A DNA stretch of 63,953 bases, filler included, from Octopus bimaculoides (lineage: Eukaryota): assembly GCF_001194135.2 (NCBI RefSeq). It is 7 parts of 6 records of this genome, joined end to end, with 100 filler letters (N's around TTAATTAATTAA, not from the genome) between each part and the next. Parts side by side here need not be neighbours in the genome. Positions count along the whole stretch, not along the records: positions 46,694 to 62,440 come from NC_068987.1; positions 62,541 to 63,953 come from NC_069004.1; 5 more parts are not named here. One strand, written 5' to 3'. Positions 60,302 through 63,953 of the stretch are shown here, piece by piece. A program made the translations under genes and the position numbers. Under the pieces are notes generated by a model. It did no database searches. It was given only the letters and a program-made list of their open reading frames with translations, and was not told where the DNA came from. Numbering within the stretch: position 1 is the first letter of the stretch; the number at the start of each line of letters is the position of its first letter.

Positions 60302-61262
60302 GTAAGACACATTAAAGACCATTATTTCTAATACTGGTCTCAAATTTTGGCACAAGGCCAGCAATTTCAGGGTAGAGGGTAAGTTGATTACATCAATCTC
60401 AGTGCTTAAGAAGGACACAAAAGATCTAAATGGATAGAATTTATTAGATGTATTAAAGATTAGCCTTTTCTTTTCTAATCCACAAGAACTGTGCTATTTT
60501 TTTTTTTTTTTCATTTTCTCTATAAACTCTGGTTGTCTCATATGAAAGAATTTTATGTACATTCGTTATTTAAAGAACAGTCAAATGCTGTATAATGTAG
60601 GATTGAAATGGTTCAGTGAATAAAGTGTAAGACAGCAAGTTCCATAGCTCATGAGTTCAACAACACTGCTGGCAGTCTGTTGTGTCTTGAAGCAAAACAT
60701 TTAGTTTTACATATCTTGGTTTACCAAGACAACCAGGGACTGCATTTGAACAATGTATTCCCACCAAAACTCCAAACATGAACTTCATCATCATCATCGT
60801 CTAACACCTGTACTGTCTGACACATTTGCTCTCTCAGTGGGCGTTTGTCAAATTTGCAAGCTGGATATTTGGGTTGCAGGCACAAGTGTTACTCTGCCTG
60901 CTGGAATGTTTGACACAACCTAATGGTCAGCATTTGTGATGGACAGGCTGAACTTGTGGGTCAGAGCCACCTCAAACCACCCAGGGGCAATGATGCTGCA
61001 AGTACATGTATGGATAGATCACCAGATCACTAATGGGAATAAGTAACAGACAGAGGAATGTTGTTCCTCACAGACAAATGGTCTTTCCGGAAGATGGTCA
61101 GTCACTGTTTTGCTATTTGGCTTTGGAGATATGTGCTTTGGAAAAGCTTGAAGTCTCATTTACCCAACCAATCAAACACTTACAGTTCTATATCTAAGAG
61201 ATGAGGAATTATTTACATTATTTACATTTGACAGATATTTGTCCTCATCTTGTTTGTTGTTA

Positions 61263-61306
61263 ACACAACATTTCAGCTGTTATACCCTCCAGCCTTCATC
61301 AGGTGT
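61263..61306 (-). ncRNA. Minimal type-I hammerhead motif with canonical CUGAUGA core in a Penelope-tail-like repeat (about 61175-61410)
   Basis: ACAC-CUGAUGA-A-GGCUG-gaggguauaa-CAGCU-GAAA-UG-U-U-GUGU. Confidence 0.65.
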
Positions 61307-61359
61307 CTAGCGGGAAATTTCGACCCTGGGTTCTCATTTCTAAGGTATTTTTTTGATGC

Positions 61360-61402
<43 letters not shown>

Positions 61403-61419
61403 GTTATTCAGGTCACTTT

Positions 61420-61740
61420 CAATCACTTTCATGTAATCAACTTCTCCATACTGAGCAGTCATAATCCTGCTACAAAAGACATTTGGTTAGAGTGTTGCTG
61501 GAAAGGATCACAAGACGAATTCTTCAAGTGAGCCAACCAACAGAAGACCTAGGTGTGGACCAAGAACAAGACAGTTGGATAATATCCATAGTCTTGGGTG
61601 GTCATGCTTCATAATCCAGTTGCAAAGAGTAATGAGGGTTACCTCTAAATGGACCCTATGGAGGAGGTGCCTGAAGACTCTACCCCTGTGATCCTCCCAG
61701 GAATAGCAAGTGGACGGAAATGGATGGAAATGGATGGATT
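61420..61740 (+). mobile_element. RTE (Expander-like) 3' relic
   Basis: LLHTEQS..HLVR..RRPR.GPRTR.LDNIHSLGWS..W...L..LP. Confidence 0.6.
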
Positions 61741-63953
61741 GACTTTTTTTTACTTTAAGGGCAAATTTTGTGGAACAGCTTTGGATGATTGCGTTCTTGA
61801 AGTAGAAACACGACTGAGATTAATAAGGAATTCAGCTTAGGGAGAAATAGACATTTCACTCTAAATGGCAGAAAAGGGAAATAACTGTAATGAAAGACGT
61901 TTTTATTGTGTTATAATTGCAAGGCAGGGATCTGTATTCTTCACTGGTTGCTAGGTCAGGTCAGCTGTGATTAGGTTTGATCAACCACAGTAAAGTGTAC
62001 ATGTGATATGAGGTTTCAATTTTGACACCAAGAATTAACAGAGACACAAGATGAATGTTAACCAATATCAGATTCAAAAGTATATTTTGATAACATTCAA
62101 AGCAAAAGTAATGTTGTTTCAAAAAGAGTAAACCTTACAACTATGGAAAGCACAAGATTCTACCAAGTTTTCTTGGTTAGGGTGCACACACCACACCACA
62201 CCACGCCACACTACAAACACACACACACCACACACACTACACCACGCACACACCACACCATGCACACAGACCACACCACATCATGCCACACCACACCAAT
62301 CCACACACACACCACACCACACCACACCACACACCACACTATGCACCCCAAATTCCATTCTTGCCGCTTGTATTTGCGACCTTACTCTTTTGGTTATTAT
62401 CTAACATTCATGAAGAAAATCAAATTGAAATTAACAAGATNNNNNNNNNNNNNNNNNNNNNNNNNNNNNNNNNNNNNNNNNNNNTTAATTAATTAANNNN
62501 NNNNNNNNNNNNNNNNNNNNNNNNNNNNNNNNNNNNNNNNATATATATATATATATATATATACATATACATATGCATATACGAACATAAACACTAACAT
62601 TACAGCTTTACATTAAATAAGTAATTAAAAATTAATTAAAAGGTCTCCATCTTTCAGTTAAAGTACTCTTAAATTATTTTCTAATCTAAGTGCATACACA
62701 TAGATTCGTACATATACACATACATACACGCATATACACAAGGATAAAAGCAGCTTACTTTTGTGTTTTTAGATTTTTTCTATGTTTATACTTATTTCTA
62801 TGCACACATTTTTATAACGTCCCACTTTTGCGTATATTCCTATGTACAAAATAGAATATTATAAAAATATCAACACCTGCAAAGAGGAAATGTTTATAAA
62901 TACACAGCCCAGCTTTGCGTCCTAAAAAACAAAGGTTAAATTTGTTAAACAATAAACAAATATCATCTGGAACAATTAAACTCCAGATAGACCAACTAAC
63001 TTTTACACCTACCTACATCTTCTGTGAACATTAAAACAACAGGTAAGTAAATTTCCTGCACAATGACCTAAAGCTGACTCACCTAAATCAGGTCAACTAA
63101 TCACAGAATATCATATGCTTGACTGAAAACAAGTAGATAAAGTCTCCTAAATAACACCCAAGTAAAGAAATTTACTGACTAACAAACCTTGCTGCCTACT
63201 TATTCTTTGGTCAACGCTTAGAAACTCCATCACCTAAAACTGATACACCTAAATAGACACATTTAATTACAAAGATGTTAATGCTTAACTGAACTGTGAA
63301 CTCTAACCTTCATATTCCAGATACAAAAGGTTGAATCTCCCACTACTGTCCAAATAAAACCAACAACTAACCCTAGTGATATAAATTACATTCTTGGAGT
63401 TGAAAACGACTCCAAGACCTGAACTAACTCACCTAATAGACACAGCTGATTGCAGTGTTCAACTTGCACGGCTGTGTTCTGGACAATAACACAAACCCAA
63501 ATTTTAAAATCTTTCATAAAACCTTTCGATCACAACTTACCCTGCTACCTAATTATCATTCAAGAAAGCTCCACCTCAGCTAGAAAATATTAAATTAACT
63601 GAAACTACATAAAGTCACAGGTAACTCCAATATACTGCAGTCCCGAAGACGGCTAGGTGAGGCGAAGCTTCGAAGTCACTATCAATACTATTCTTGATAA
63701 CAAATAATAAATATATGTGTACATATATGTGTATATTATACTTTTACAAGAAGAGGCTTGTCAGTTATATCGATCTTTCGGCCTACTGCCCTACGTCGAA
63801 TGGAGACTAGCAGACCAAAACATCAAAGTAACTCTCACCTCTATTGTAAGAAAGAATACAATAAATATGTGGTCTACATAAAATAATGAGTAATTCTTCA
63901 ATTTGATATCAAATTGATTTCATTATAACTCGGCATAAGAACGAACATCAATA

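Noticed and set aside
63030-63050. CAG|GTAAGT as the donor of a further EF-hand exon
   Set aside because: No upstream acceptor giving an open phase-0 exon with EF-hand-like sequence was found.

Overview
AT-rich, microsatellite-dense eukaryotic genomic DNA with many N gaps. The SINE, LINE and microsatellite content points to an octopod cephalopod, most likely Octopus (inference). Almost all ORFs in the supplied track are microsatellite or N-gap artefacts, or transposon relics. Two divergently transcribed genes can be supported. (1) Minus strand: a first coding exon at 40395-40147 encoding an 83-aa mitochondrial-presequence-like N-terminus with a hydrophobic segment, with an NRF-1 palindrome 20 bp upstream of the ATG. 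Its later exons are not securely identified; two candidate phase-2/2 exons lie at 9617-9510 and 5259-5173. (2) Plus strand: an RFX X-box promoter at 47595, a probable non-coding exon, and four in-frame coding exons (54309-60301, 223 codons, continuing past the last exon found). These encode an EF-hand-repeat protein resembling the ciliary microtubule-inner protein FAP115/CFAP115. The rest is a TE patchwork: three or four tRNA-head SINE families, RTE, Tx1/L1, CR1/L2-type and R4/Dong-type LINEs (the last inserted in (TAA)n), a Helitron fragment, and mariner and hAT relics and MITEs. The most unusual observation is a set of eight minimal type-I hammerhead-ribozyme-like motifs from five repeat types. 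They include a tandem-plus-inverted 152-nt unit at 2.5-2.9 kb resembling a retrozyme or Penelope pseudo-LTR, and a recurrent non-canonical CUGU(G/U)GA core.
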